Assembly: GCA_002269645.1 (NCBI GenBank)
Contig: NIVC01004628.1
Location: 1 to 40,237, forward strand
From: Macrostomum lignano
Lineage: Eukaryota
Direction: 5' to 3'
Length of the DNA stretch: 40,237 nucleotides
Made by a program: the position numbers and the translations under genes. This document shows positions 1 to 12,014 of this stretch, in pieces (the stretch's first letter is position 1; each line of letters opens with the position of its first letter). Below the pieces are notes generated by a model. It did not search any database and was not told the origin of the DNA. It saw only the letters and a list, made by a program, of their open reading frames with translations.

Positions 1-2060
1 CATGTCAAACATATACGTGACTCCATGTCAAACAAAAAGAGCCACGATGTAAACATATACTTATACTCTTTGTCGAACTAAAGAGCCACCATGTAAAGCA
101 TATACGTGACTCCATGTCAAACACATACGTGACTCCATGTCAAACATTAAAGAGCCACCAAGAAAAAAATTAAAAAGCCACTATGTCAAACATTAAAGAG
201 CCACCATGTCAAACATTAAAGAGCCACCATATCGAACACTAAAGAGCCACCATGTCAAACATATAAGTGACTCCATGTCAAATATATACGTGACTCCATG
301 TCACACATAAAAGAGCCACCATGTAAAAATATACATATGACTCCATAACAAACATTAAACAGCCACCATGTCGAACATTAAAGAGCACCATGTCAAACAT
401 AAAAGAGCCACCATGTCAAACAATAAAGAGCCACATTCAAACATATACGTGACACATGTCAAACATATACGTGACTCCATGTCAAACATAAAGAGCCACC
501 ATGTAAAACATATACTTATGACTCTTTGTCGAACATAAAGAGCCACCATGTAAAGCATTTACGTGACTCCAGGCCAAATATATACATGACTCCATGCCAA
601 ACACATACATGACTCCATGTCAAACATTAAAGAGCCACCATGTCACACATTAAAGAGCCAACATGTCAAACATTAAAGAGCCACCATGTAAAGCATATAT
701 GTGACTCCATGCCAATATATTACATGACTCCATGTCTAACACATACTGACTCCATGTCAAACATTAAGAGCCACCATTCGAACGTTAAGAGCCACCATGT
801 CGAACATTAAAGAGCCACAATGTAGAACATTAAGAGCCACAATGTAGAACATTAAAGAGCCACCATGTCGAACGTTAAAGAGCCACCATGTCGAACATTA
901 AGAGCCACAATGTAGAACATTAAAGAGCCACCATGTCGAACATTAAAGAGTCACAATATTTAGAACATTAAAGAGCCACAATGTCAAACATTAAAGAGCC
1001 ACCATGTCAAACATTAAAGAGCCACCATGTCAAACATATATGTGACTCCATGTCAAATATATACGTGACTCCATGTCAAATATATACGTGACTCCATGTC
1101 ACACATAAAAGAGCCACCATGTAAAACATATACATATGACTCAATAACAAACATTAAACAGCCACCATGTCGAACATTAAAGAGCCATCATGTCAAACAT
1201 TAAAGAGCCACTATGTCAAACATTAAAGAGCCACTATGTCAAACATTAAAGAGCCACATGTAAAGCATATATGTGACTCCATGCCAAATATATACATGAC
1301 TCCATGTCTAACACATACGTGACTCCATGTCAAACATTAAAGAGCCACCCTGTCGAACGTTAAAGAGCCACCATATCGAACATTAAAGAGCCACAATTTA
1401 GAACAATAAAGAGCCACCATGTCGAACATTAAAGAGCCACCATGTCTAACATTAAAGAGCCACCATGTCGAACATTAAAGAGCCATCATGTCAAACAATA
1501 AAGAGCCACCATGTTGAACATTAAAGAGCCACCATGTCAAATTATTAAAGAGCCACAATGTAGAACATTAAAGAACCACCATGTAGAACATTAAAAAGCC
1601 ACCATGTCAAACATTAAGGAGCAAAAATGTAGAAATTAAGAGCCACAATGTAGAACATTAAACAGCCACAATGTCGAGCATTAAAGAGCCACCATGTCGA
1701 ACATTAAAAAGCCACCATGTCAAACATTAGAGAGCCACCATGTTGAACATTAAAGAGCCACCATGTCAAACATTAAAGAGCCACCCTGTCGAACATTAAA
1801 GAGCCACCATGTCGAACATTAAAGAGCCACCATGTCGAACATTAAAGTACTGCCATGTCGAACGTTAAAGAGCCACCATGTCGAACATTAACGAGCCACG
1901 ATGTCAAACATAAATGAGCTACCAAGTTAGACATAGAAGAGCCACCATGTGAAACATATATGTGACTCCATGTCAAACATTAAAGAGCCACCGCTTCTAA
2001 CATTACTGAGCCACCATGACAAACATAAAACTGGCACGATGTCATAACACAGGAGAGACA
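1..2060. repeat. 23-bp minisatellite with two interspersed monomer variants
   Basis: Units GTC(G/A)AACATTAAAGAGCCACCAT and GTCAAACATATACGTGACTCCAT, both 23 nt, read directly. Confidence 0.95.
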
Positions 2061-2139
2061 TTTTCAAACGTAATAAGAAGCGTCATGCCAATCATAAAGC
2101 AGCCACTAGAAAGCTAAGGAAATGTTGCACTATATACTT

Positions 2140-2335
2140 TTGTCTGGTGGATGCTTGCTATTTAAGGATAGATACTTGCTATCAATTGGATGCTTGCTAT
2201 CTGGGGTTCTTTCTATCTGGGGTGCTTGCTATATGAGGGATGCTTGCTATCTGGGGGTGCTTGCTATCTGGGGTGCTTGCTATCTGAGGGTACTTGCTAT
2301 CTGGGGGGGGGGGGGGGGATGCTTGCTGTCTTGGG
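2140..2335. repeat. Short GATGCTTGCTATCTGGGG-type array
   Basis: Motif GATGCTTGCTAT plus a G-run repeated; same motif at ~4290-4500, in blocks at 9075-10090, at 10395-10740 and ~38000. Confidence 0.9.
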
Positions 2336-3163
2336 ATGTTTTATTTTTGCATTGTGCTTCATTTGAGCAGTTTTCTGTTGTCTTTGTGAAGACTCTATTT
2401 GGCTGTCTTTTTGTTACTTGTAGAGAACAGAAGTTCTATCCAGATGTCCCCCATCGGGGGGCGAAGATTGCTAGTCCAATATACTAAAAATCAAAACTAT
2501 GTACCTACCTATCTATCTATCTATAGGAACCTTCGTTTAACTTGACTTTGCGTGGTCGGAATTTTCTGGGGTTTTCTGCATTCGATGCGTATTGATGATG
2601 CGCTGGTACACAACATCTTCTTCTTCTAATATACTAAAAATGGTCTGTTTGTGTGTGCGTGTGTGTGTGATCGATTTTAGCAAAAACGGCTCAACCGATT
2701 TTCTTCGAATTTGCACCATTCGATCAGAAATTTTTCCGTGACGGTACATGCATCGTTGCTAAGAAATTGCTCGATGCTAAAGGGATTAAATATTCGAAAA
2801 ACATGATTTTTTGCAAAGGTCAAGCAAAACTTTTCGACTTGAAACGCACTGTAAAAATGCTAGAGAAAAAACTGACTGGTTGAATTCTGATTCTGAAATA
2901 GATTGCATCACAATACACTTTATTTATCGTCTGTGTACTGGCTGAATTTGACACTCAATTGAATTGCGTCACAGCTTTGAGTGTGAAAGCATAGTGCAGT
3001 ACTGAATTTATATTACGTAACCATATTGTTAGCTTTCATAGACACTGGTACTGACTTGCCTAAGAAATTGATTATGTCATAACTGCTTCGTGAGACTTTT
3101 TACTCTACCTGACTTGGTGTGAGTGTTGAATTATATAAGTGGTACAAATTCACTGATAACTTC

Positions 3164-3240
3164 GATGAGAGCTAGCCTAGAGCTGAACAGACCAGACTGC
3201 TAATGCAGCGACCTGGGTTCGAATCTAAGTAGTAGTGTAA
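3164..3240 (+). promoter_or_regulatory. tRNA-Ser(GCT)-like module with Pol III A/B boxes (copies also at ~4539-4612, ~7250-7320, ~37725-37795)
   Basis: A-box-like TAGCCTAGAG(C/G), anticodon-loop-like GACTGCTAAT, B-box GGGTTCGAATC, then a T-run. No complete cloverleaf, so not a tRNA gene. Confidence 0.55.
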
Positions 3241-3284
3241 ATTTTTTTATTAAAAGCTTTTATTAAAGGACTAAATAAAAACAC

Positions 3285-4260
3285 TTAGATTACTGCACTC
3301 GATAAGCTAAGGATTATTGCTCTTGGCAAACCAAGGAATACTGCACTCGATAAGCCAAGGATTATTGCTATTAATAAACCAAGGATTACTGCACTCAATA
3401 AACCAAGGACTATTGCTATTAATAAACCAAGGATTACTGCACTCAATAAACCAAGGACTATTGCTCTTGGCAAACCAAGGATTACTGCACTCGATAAGCC
3501 ATGGATTATTGCTATTAATAAACCTGCAAGGATTACTGCACTCGATAAGCCAAGGATTATTGCTATTAATAAACCAAGGATTACTGCACTCGATAAGCCA
3601 AGGATTATTGTAAACCAAGGATTACTGCACTCGATAAACCAAGGATTATTGCTATTAATAAACCAAGGATTATGCACTTGGCAAACCAAGGATTACTGCA
3701 CTCGATAAGCCAAGGATTATTGCTATTAATAAACCAAGGATTACTGCACTCAATAAGGCATGGATTATTGCTATTAATAAACCAAGGATTACTGCACTCG
3801 ATAAGCCAAGGATTATTGCTATTAATAAACCAAGGATTACTGCACTCGATAAGCCAAGGATTATTGCTATTAATAAACCAAGGATTACTGCACTTGGCAA
3901 ACCAAGGATTACTGCACTCGATAAGCCAAGGATTATTGCTATTAATAAACCATGAATTACTGCACTCAATAAACCAAGGACTATTGCTCTTGGCAAACAA
4001 GGATTACTGCACTTGATTTATCAAGGATTATTGCTATAAATAAACCAAGGATTACTGCACTCGATAAGCCAAGGATTATTGCTATTATTAAACCAAGGAT
4101 TACTGCACTCGATAAGCCATGGATTATTGCTATTAATAAACCAAGGATTACTTACTGCACTTGGCAAACCAAGAATTACTGCACTTGATAAGCCATGGAT
4201 TATTGCTATTAATAAACCAAGGATTACTGCACTCGATAGCCAAGGATTACTGCGCTTGAT
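3285..4260. repeat. 24-bp satellite organised as a 48-bp dimer
   Basis: Alternating AACCAAGGATTACTGCACTCGATA and AGCCAAGGATTATTGCTATTAATA monomers. Confidence 0.95.
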
Positions 4261-4659
4261 AAGCTTGGCTACATGTATAGGATTATTTCTATCCAGGGAT
4301 GCTTGCTATTTAGGGATTCTTGCTATGTGCAGGATGCTTGCTATCTGGAAGGATGCTTCTACATTATTTGGGGTATGCTTGCTATCTGCAAGATGCTTGC
4401 TATCTGCAAGATGCTTGCTATCTGCAGATGCTTGCTATCTGGGTGGATGCTTGCTAGGAGTATTAGGGGATGCTTGCTACTGGGGGATGCTTGCTGTCTT
4501 GGGAATATTTTCTATTTAGGGGTAATGACTAAAATTCATGAGAGCTAGCCTAGAGGTAAACAGACTAAACTGCTAAATGCAGGGACGATGGTTCGAATTT
4601 TTAGAGAGTAGAGTTTTTTTAATTAAAGCCTTTTTAACGCCAAGACAAAAAAAATTATG

Positions 4660-5400
4660 GAAGCGTCATGTAAACAATCATACAAGCGTCATGTAAACAA
4701 TCATAGAAGCGTCATGTAAACAATCATAGAAGCGTCATGTAAAAATCATAGAAGCGTCATGTAAACAATCATAGAAGCGTAATGTAAACAATCATAGAAG
4801 CGTCATGTTAAAATCATAAAAGCGTCATGTAAACAATCATAGAAGCGTCATGTAAACAATCATAGAAGCGTCATGTAAACAATCATAGAAGCGTCATGTT
4901 AAAATCATAAAAGCGTCATAAAAAATCATAGAAGCGTCATGTAAAAATCATAGAAGCGTAATGTAAACAATCATAGAAGCGTCATGTTAAAATCATACAA
5001 GCGTCATGTAAACAATCATACAAGCGTCATGTAAAAAATCATAGAAGCGTCATGTAAAAAAATCATAGAAGCGTCATGTTAAAATCATAAAAGCGTCATA
5101 AAAAATCATAGAAGCGTATGTAAAAATCATAGAAGCGTCATGTAAAAATCATAGAAGCGTCATGTAAACAATCATAGAAGCGTCATGTAAACAATCATAG
5201 AAGCGTCATGTAAACAATCATAGAAGCGTCATGTAAAAAATCATAGAAGCGTCATGTAAAAATCATAGAAGCGTCATGTAAAAATCATAGAAGCGTCATG
5301 TAAAAAATCATAGAAGCGTCATGTAAACAATCATACAAGCGTCATGTAAACAATCATAGAAGCGTCATGTTAACATAGAAGCGTCATGAAAAAATTATAG
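4660..5400. repeat. 23-bp minisatellite AGAAGCGTCATGTAAACAATCAT
   Basis: About 30 near-identical units with variation in the A-run. Confidence 0.95.
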
Positions 5401-6351
5401 AAGCCTCATATAAAAACTAATGGAAGTGTCATTTAAAAAATAAATAAGCATCATGGAAGAATAAAAGAAGCGTAACGTATAAATCAAAAGAAGCGTCATG
5501 TCAGACATGAAAGAAGTGTCATGTAAAATTTAAATGAACCTATTGTGCTGTGCTGGGGAGAATCACTGAGACGTCAAGGCTCACAGAGAATAACTGAGAT
5601 TACAGGGGGGTTTCTGAGATGTTAAAGCAAAAGTCAGAAGCTACTTCAAAGTACATGTACTTTACTTAAGTTTTTTTATTGCATTCTTTGTTGGCTTGCC
5701 ACGGTGGGGGGGGCGCTGATAGAAGAAGAGTCATGTAAAAATAAAAGGAGCACTATGTATACATAAAATAAAAGTCATGTCAAAGTTAAAAGATTCATTT
5801 GGGAATTGCTACGATGTCAAAGCTTGGAGGGAATCGTTATAGTGCTGTGATTCTTAAAGAAGGAATCACTTAAATGCCAAGGCTTAGGGAAGAAGAATTG
5901 CTGTGATTTCAAGGCTTTAGGTTGGGTGAAAGTTAGGTTTACGTCAGGTTTGGGTTGAGGGTTAGATTTTAGCGCGTTTCAAGGTTAACAGGGGATTTTT
6001 TAGATTTCAAGGTTTATGGGGGGCATCGCTGACATGTCAAGGCTTACGAGGGGAATCTATCTATCTATCTATCTATAGCTGAGATGTCAAGGCTCACGGG
6101 GGAATAAATGAGATGTCAAGGCTAATGTCAGAAGCTACATGTAGTTTATTGGAAAAAAGTTATTACATTATTTGTTGGCTCCTCACGGGAGGGATCGCTG
6201 ATAGAAAAAGCGTAATGTAAAAAAAGAAGCTTCATGTCAAAGTTAAGAGATTCATTTGGGAATCCCTACGATGTCGAGGCTTGCAGGGAATCGCTATAAT
6301 GCTGTAGTAGTGCTATAGACTCTTAGAGAGAATTACTGAAATTTCAATGCT

Positions 6352-6397
6352 TTAGGGTTAGGGTTAGGGTTAGGGTTAGGGTTAGGGTTAAGGTTAG
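6352..6397 (+). repeat. Interstitial telomere-type repeat (TTAGGG)6 plus degenerate units
   Basis: Six perfect TTAGGG at 6352-6387 then TTAAGG TTAG; a decayed paralogue at ~5920-5970. Confidence 0.9.
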
Positions 6398-7379
6398 AAA
6401 GTAGACAGATTTTTTAAGATTTCAAGGCTTATGGGAGCATTGCTGAGATGTCAAGGGGGGAGTTGATATGTTATGGCTTGTGGGGGGGGGGATTGCTGAC
6501 ATGTCAAGGCTTACAAGGGTACTGGTAGCGTACTGAAGCATACTGGTAGAAGTAGCTCTGAAAGAAGGCAAGTATGGTTGAATTTCAATGTCTGTTATAA
6601 AATTCTGCACAAACATGTTTTATTGGTACATAAGCCTGGAATTAAAATGAGAATTCGATTCCTAGCCCCCCTCCCTAAGAATTTTTTTTCACTTTAAAGG
6701 ATTCGTCCCTTGCTTATTGGCCACCCCGAAGGGGGGCGCTAGATTGCTAGTCCTATATACTAAAAATGAGTTGTCTGTATGTGGGTAGGTAGGTAGGTAG
6801 GTATGCGATAGATTTCAGAAAAAATGGCTCAACCGATTTTCTTCAAACTTGCACCATTCGATCAGAAATTTTCCTGGGACGGTACATGCATCTTGGCTAA
6901 GAAATTTCTCAATGTTAAAGGGATTAAATATTCGAAAAACATGCTTTTTTGCGAAGGTCAAGCAAACTTTTCGACTTGAAATGCATTGTAAGAATGCTAG
7001 ATAAAAACCTGACTGACTGAATTTCAATTCTGATAAAGATTGCATCACAACAAATTGAAAACAGTGCCGAAGAAATGCACACACAACTTGATTGAAATTG
7101 CGTAACAATATTGCTAACTTAAATTGACACTGATACTGGCTGACTGAGAAATTGATTATGTCATAATTTGCTATATTTGCTATATTGCTATTTGCTATAT
7201 TTGCTATAAGAATTTAATTATAAGGGCCACAATTCATGTTCTCCAATTGACAAGAGATAGCATAGATGCGAACAGACTGGACTGCTAATGTAGGGACCTG
7301 GGTTCGAGTCTTAGTAGTGCAAAAAGATTCTTTTATTAAAACACCTTAAAAACACGAAATGCTGAACACAAAAAAGCAT

Positions 7380-8975
7380 AAGGTCAAACATTATAGAGCC
7401 ACCATGTCGAACATATATGTGACTTCATGTCGAACATATATGTGACTCCATGTCGAACATTAAAGAGCCGTCATGTCAAACATTAAAGAGCCACCGTGTC
7501 TAACATTAAAGAGCCACCATGTCAAACAAAAAAGAGCCACCATGTCTAACATTAAAGAGCCACCATGTCGAACACTAAAGAGCCACCATGTCGAACATTA
7601 AAGAGCCATCATGTCAAACATTAAAGAGCCACGGTGTCTAAAATTAAAGAGCCACCATGTCAAACAAAAAAGGCCATCATGTCTAACATTAAAGAGCCAC
7701 CATGTCGAACATTAAAGAGCCACCATGTCGAACATTAAAGAGCCACCATGTCAAACATCAAAGAGCCACAATGTCAAACATTAAAGAGCCACAATGTCAA
7801 ACATTAAAGAGCCATCATGTCTAACATTAAAGAGCCAACATGTCAAACACTAAAGAGCCACCATGTCGTGTCTAACATTAAAGAGCCACCATGTCAAACA
7901 TTAGAGAGCCACCATGTCAAACAATAAAGAGCCACCATGTCGAACATACAAGAGCCACCATGTCAAACAAAAAAAAGCCACCATGTCGAACATTAAAGAG
8001 CCACCATGTCGAACATACAAGAGCCACCATGTCAAACATAAAAGAGCCACCACGTCAAACATAGAAGAGCCACCATGTCAAACATTAAAGAGCCACCTTG
8101 TCAAACATTAAAGAGCCACCATTTCAAACCTAAAAGAGCCACCTTATCAAACATCATAGAGCCACCATGTCGAACATTAAAGAGCCACCATGTAGAACAT
8201 AAAAGAGTCACCATGTAAAACATAAAAAAGCCACCATGTAAAACATAAAAGAGCCACCATGAAGAACTTTAAGAGCAACCATGTCGAACATTAAAGAGCC
8301 ACCATGTCGAACATTAAAAAGCCACCATGTCAAACATTAAAGAGCCACCATTTCAAATCTAAAAGAGCCACCATGTCGACCATTAAAGCCACCATGTCAA
8401 ACATAACAGAGCCACCATGTCAAACATAAAAGAGTCATCATGTCAAATATTAAAGAGCCACCTTGTCAAACATAAAAGAGCCACCATGTCAAACATATAT
8501 GTGACTCTATGTCAAACAGTAAAGAGCCACCATGTCAAACGTAAAAGAGCCACCATGTCCAACATAAAAGAACCACTATGTCGAACATAGAAGAGCCACC
8601 ATGTCGAACACTAAAGAGCCATAATGTCGAACTTTAAAGAGCCATCATGTCAAACATTAAAGAGCCACGGTGTCTAAAATTAAAGAGCCACCATGTCAAA
8701 CAAAAAACGCCATCATGTCTAACATTAAAGAGCCACCATGTCGAACATTAAAGAGACACCATGTCAGACATAAAAAACCCGAATCAAACATAAAAGAGCT
8801 ACCATGTAGAACATCAAAGAGCCACGATGTCAACATTAAAGAGCCACCATGTCAAACATTAGAGAGCCACCATGTCAAACAATAAAGAGCCACCATGTCG
8901 AACATACAAGAGCCACCATGTCAAACATAAAAGAGCCACCATGTCTAACATTAAAGAGCCACCATGTCGAACATA
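7380..8975. repeat. 23-bp minisatellite (same family as 1-2060)
   Basis: GTC(G/A)AACATTAAAGAGCCACCAT units. Confidence 0.95.
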
Positions 8976-8978
8976 AAA

Positions 8979-10400
8979 GATACACAATTTCAAACGTAAA
9001 AGTAAGCGTCATGCCAATTTTAAAGGAGTCACTACAGAGCTAAGGAAATTGTTGCACTAGCTACTTATTGTCTGGTGGATGCTTACTATTTGGGGATGCT
9101 TGCTATCTGGGGGATGCTTGCTATCTGGGGGATGCTTGCTATCTGGGGAAATATTAAAGAGCCACTATGTCGAACATTAAAGAGCCACCATGTCGAACAT
9201 AAAAGAGCCACCATGCCAAACATAAAAGAGCCACCATGTCGAACATTAAAGAGCCAGCATGCCAAACATAGAAGAGCCAGCATGCCAAACATAGAAGAGC
9301 CACCATGTCGAACATAAAAGAGCCACCATGCCAAACATAAAAGAGCCACCCTGTCGAACATAAAAGAGCCACCATGCCAAACGTAAAAGAGCCACCATGT
9401 AGAACATAAATGAGCCACCATGTCAAACATTAAAGATACACAATTTCAAATGTATAAGTAAGCGTCATGCCAATTTTAATGGAGCCACTATAGAGCTAAG
9501 GAAATTGTTGCACTAGCTACTTATTGTCTGGTGGATGCTTACTATTTGGGGATGCTTGCTATCTAGGAGTGGGGATGCTTGCTATCTGGGGGATGCTTGC
9601 TATCTGGGGGATGCTTGCTATCTGGGGGATGCTTGCTATCTGGGGAAATATTAAAGAGCCACTATGTCGAACATTAAAGAGCCACCATGTCGAACATTAA
9701 AGAGACACCATTTCAGACATAAAAAAACCCGAATCAAACATAAATTAGCTACCATGTAGAACATAAAAGAGCCACGATGTCAACATTAAAGAGCCACCAT
9801 GTCCAACATAAAAGAGCCACCATGTCAAACATTAAAGAGCCACCATGTCAAACATTAAAGAGCCACTATGTCAAACATTAAAGAGCCACCATGTCGAACA
9901 TTAAAGAGTCATCATGTCAAACATAAAAGATACACAATTTCAAACGTAAAAGTAAGCGTCATGCCAATTTTAAAGGAGCCACTATAGAGCTAAGGAAATT
10001 GTTGCACTAGCTACTTATTGTCTGGTGGATGCTTACTATTTGGGGATGCTTGCTATCTAGGAGTGGGGATGCTTGCTATCTGGGGGATGCTTGCTATCTG
10101 GGGAAATATTAAAGAGCCACTATGTCGAACATTAAAGAGCCACCATGTCGAACATAAAAGAGCCACCATGCCAAACATAAAAGAGCCACCATGTCGAACA
10201 TTAAAGAGCCACCATGCTAAACATTAAAGAGCCACCATGTGAAACATATACATGACTCCATGTCGAACATTAAAGAGCCACCATGTTAAACATAAAAGAG
10301 ACACCATTTCAAATGTAAAAAGCAGCTTCATGCGAAACATAAAGGGGCCACTATAAAGCGAAGGATATTATTGCACTAGCTACTTGTTGTCTTTTTGGAT
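8979..10400. repeat. Tandem duplication of a ~370-490 bp compound block
   Basis: Spacer GATACACAATTTCAAA...GCTAAGGAAATTGTTGCACTAGCTAC recurs at ~8979, ~9435, ~9929 and diverged at ~10299, each followed by GATGCTTGCT units; the first three then run into 23-bp units. Confidence 0.9.
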
Positions 10401-11616
10401 GCTTGCTATTTAAGGATAGATTACTGCTATCAGGGGGATGCTTGCTATTGGAAGGATGCTTGCTATCTGGGGGGGGGGATTCTTGCTATCTGGGGATGCT
10501 TGCATGCTGTCTGGGGATGCTTGATATTAGGGAGGCAAGAGGCTTGCTCTTGGGGGGGGTACTTGCTATCTTGGGGGGAGGGGTTGCCATCTGGATGATG
10601 CTTGCTATCTGGAAGATGCTTTTTGCTATTGTATTTGGGGGGAGCTTGCTATCTGGGGGATGCTTGCTATCTGGGGGGATGCTTGCTATGGGGGAGATGC
10701 TTGCATGCTGTCTGGGGATGCTTGCTGTCTTGGGATGTTTTCTTTTTAGAGGAAATGTCTGCTGTTTTTTCGTTGTCTATTTGTTACTTGTAAAGAACAA
10801 AGATTCTATCCAGATGTCCCCCATCGGGGGGCGAAGATTGCTAGTATCCACTATAAATACGAGTATTTGTTTATACCAAGATTTACTATCAATGCAAACT
10901 GACCGCACAGGCAGAAATCGTAAAACAATATTAACGGTATAGTCGCTATTTTAGTCAGCACAGCTTTATACCGACGCAAAAGTGTTAATTGTAAATTGGA
11001 AAAATAAAACTCGAGTGGGCTTACAGCAAGATGCCTCTGTTTTAGTCCAGAAGATCTGTACTGGTGGAGTTTCCTAGTCTAATTTACATTGCGGCCAGCA
11101 GTTCAAGCTCGGCAAGGATGGGGATCGAGGGGCAGCCGGGGGGGGGGGAAGGAAGTTTGGCAGACTCTACCGAGTACAATTGTACGAATTGGGATAGATG
11201 GAGCACGAGTACTTGAGAAAGAGACGATTGGGAAAGGAGGGCAGACAAGGCCACAGCCTATACTGTATGTGGCATGCAGTTCATCCGTGTACAAGCGTAG
11301 CCTAAAATGAATCTACATCCATTAAGTGCACACGCTCTGCTGCTTTGCCTCTAAAAGCAGATCAGGCATGGTACGAGTAACAGTACTGAAAAATAATATC
11401 TGATTCTGGTAGCTTGCACGGCATTTCCTGTCTTTTAGAATCGCACAGCACTGCACATACCGAATAGGACAGCAATTTAGAAAAAAAAATTACTATATTA
11501 CGCTCGCATAAACTATCAAGAAATGCCCGCTTCTAGAAGCAAAATAGGAACGAATTCGTCTCCCTCCAGCCGATTCTTCTATTCGAAGAATTGTCAGGTC
11601 GCCTCTGTTTTTCAAC

Positions 11617-11811
11617 ATGGCCATTTTAAAAGATTCGGTAAACTTAATTTTTGTCACGCTTTTTAGCATAGCAAATTTGACCAGTGGTCAAACAGTCAGT
11701 AGTGACAGCAGCGCAAACTCCTCGGCACTTTTAATCACCTGTTATAGCTGTCAGAATTGTCCAACTGTTAATCATAATTCGACACCACAGGCTACAGGAC
11801 GATACTGCGTT
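11617..11811 (+). CDS. Ly6/uPAR (three-finger, LU-domain) protein, exon 1
   Basis: ATG, hydrophobic signal peptide (LIFVTLFSIANLTSG), CYSCQNC motif, ends phase 0 at a GTAAGT donor (11812). Confidence 0.8.
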
Positions 11812-12014
11812 GTAAGTTTATTTGGAAAACTGCATGAGTTTAAAGAAGTTGAAACTAGTTTTTTATGTATTGTGTTGCTTCATTGGCTGAATAATAAATT
11901 ACATATAGGAATTGGTACAGGCTTTAATTTGAATGTCTTCTCGAGTTTGTGTCAAACAGAATAAATAACTCCTTTGTGTCGACGCCAATTGTGACGAATC
12001 TGAATTAGAAACCC

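Larger units (their letters stand above)
1..2474 (+). mobile_element. Non-autonomous Helitron-like element, copy 1 (5' end outside window)
   Basis: Ends with GC hairpin GTCCCCC-ATC-GGGGGGC (2446-2462) followed 8 nt later by CTAG (2471-2474), the Helitron 3' signature. Its last ~130 bp recur almost identically at ~10715-10844. Confidence 0.75.
2475..6750 (+). mobile_element. Non-autonomous Helitron-like element, copy 2 (composite; second 5'-type end at 2625)
   Basis: Starts TCCAATATACTAAAA directly after the CTAG of copy 1; second TCTAATATACTAAAA at 2625 followed by (GT)n and GGCTCAACCGATTTTCTTC core shared with 6751 copy; ends with hairpin GCCACCCC-GAA-GGGGGGC and CTAG at 6747-6750. Confidence 0.7.
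6751..10844 (+). mobile_element. Non-autonomous Helitron-like element, copy 3 (complete, ~4.1 kb)
   Basis: 5' TCCTATATACTAAAA, (GGTA)n, conserved core, tRNA-like module, 23-bp arrays, 3' hairpin GTCCCCC-ATC-GGGGGGC and CTAG at 10841-10844 followed by T. Confidence 0.75.

Noticed and set aside
3164-3240. Functional tRNA-Ser gene
   Set aside because: No acceptor-stem pairing or long variable arm; embedded in a repeat and diverged between copies.
1-5400. CRISPR-like appearance of regular short repeats
   Set aside because: No unique spacers, no cas genes, eukaryotic context; these are tandem satellites.
6352-6397. Chromosome end or fusion site
   Set aside because: Only six units, single orientation, flanked on both sides by the same repeat family.
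355-10942. Numerous 60-180 aa ORFs (KEPPC, GMLAIW, NQGLL, NPW repeats)
   Set aside because: Translations of minisatellites inside non-autonomous elements; open in several frames and on both strands.
11617-11964. Single-exon 115-aa product as in the ORF track
   Set aside because: Read-through past the GTAAGT donor loses the CCxxxLCN half of the LU domain that exon 2 supplies.
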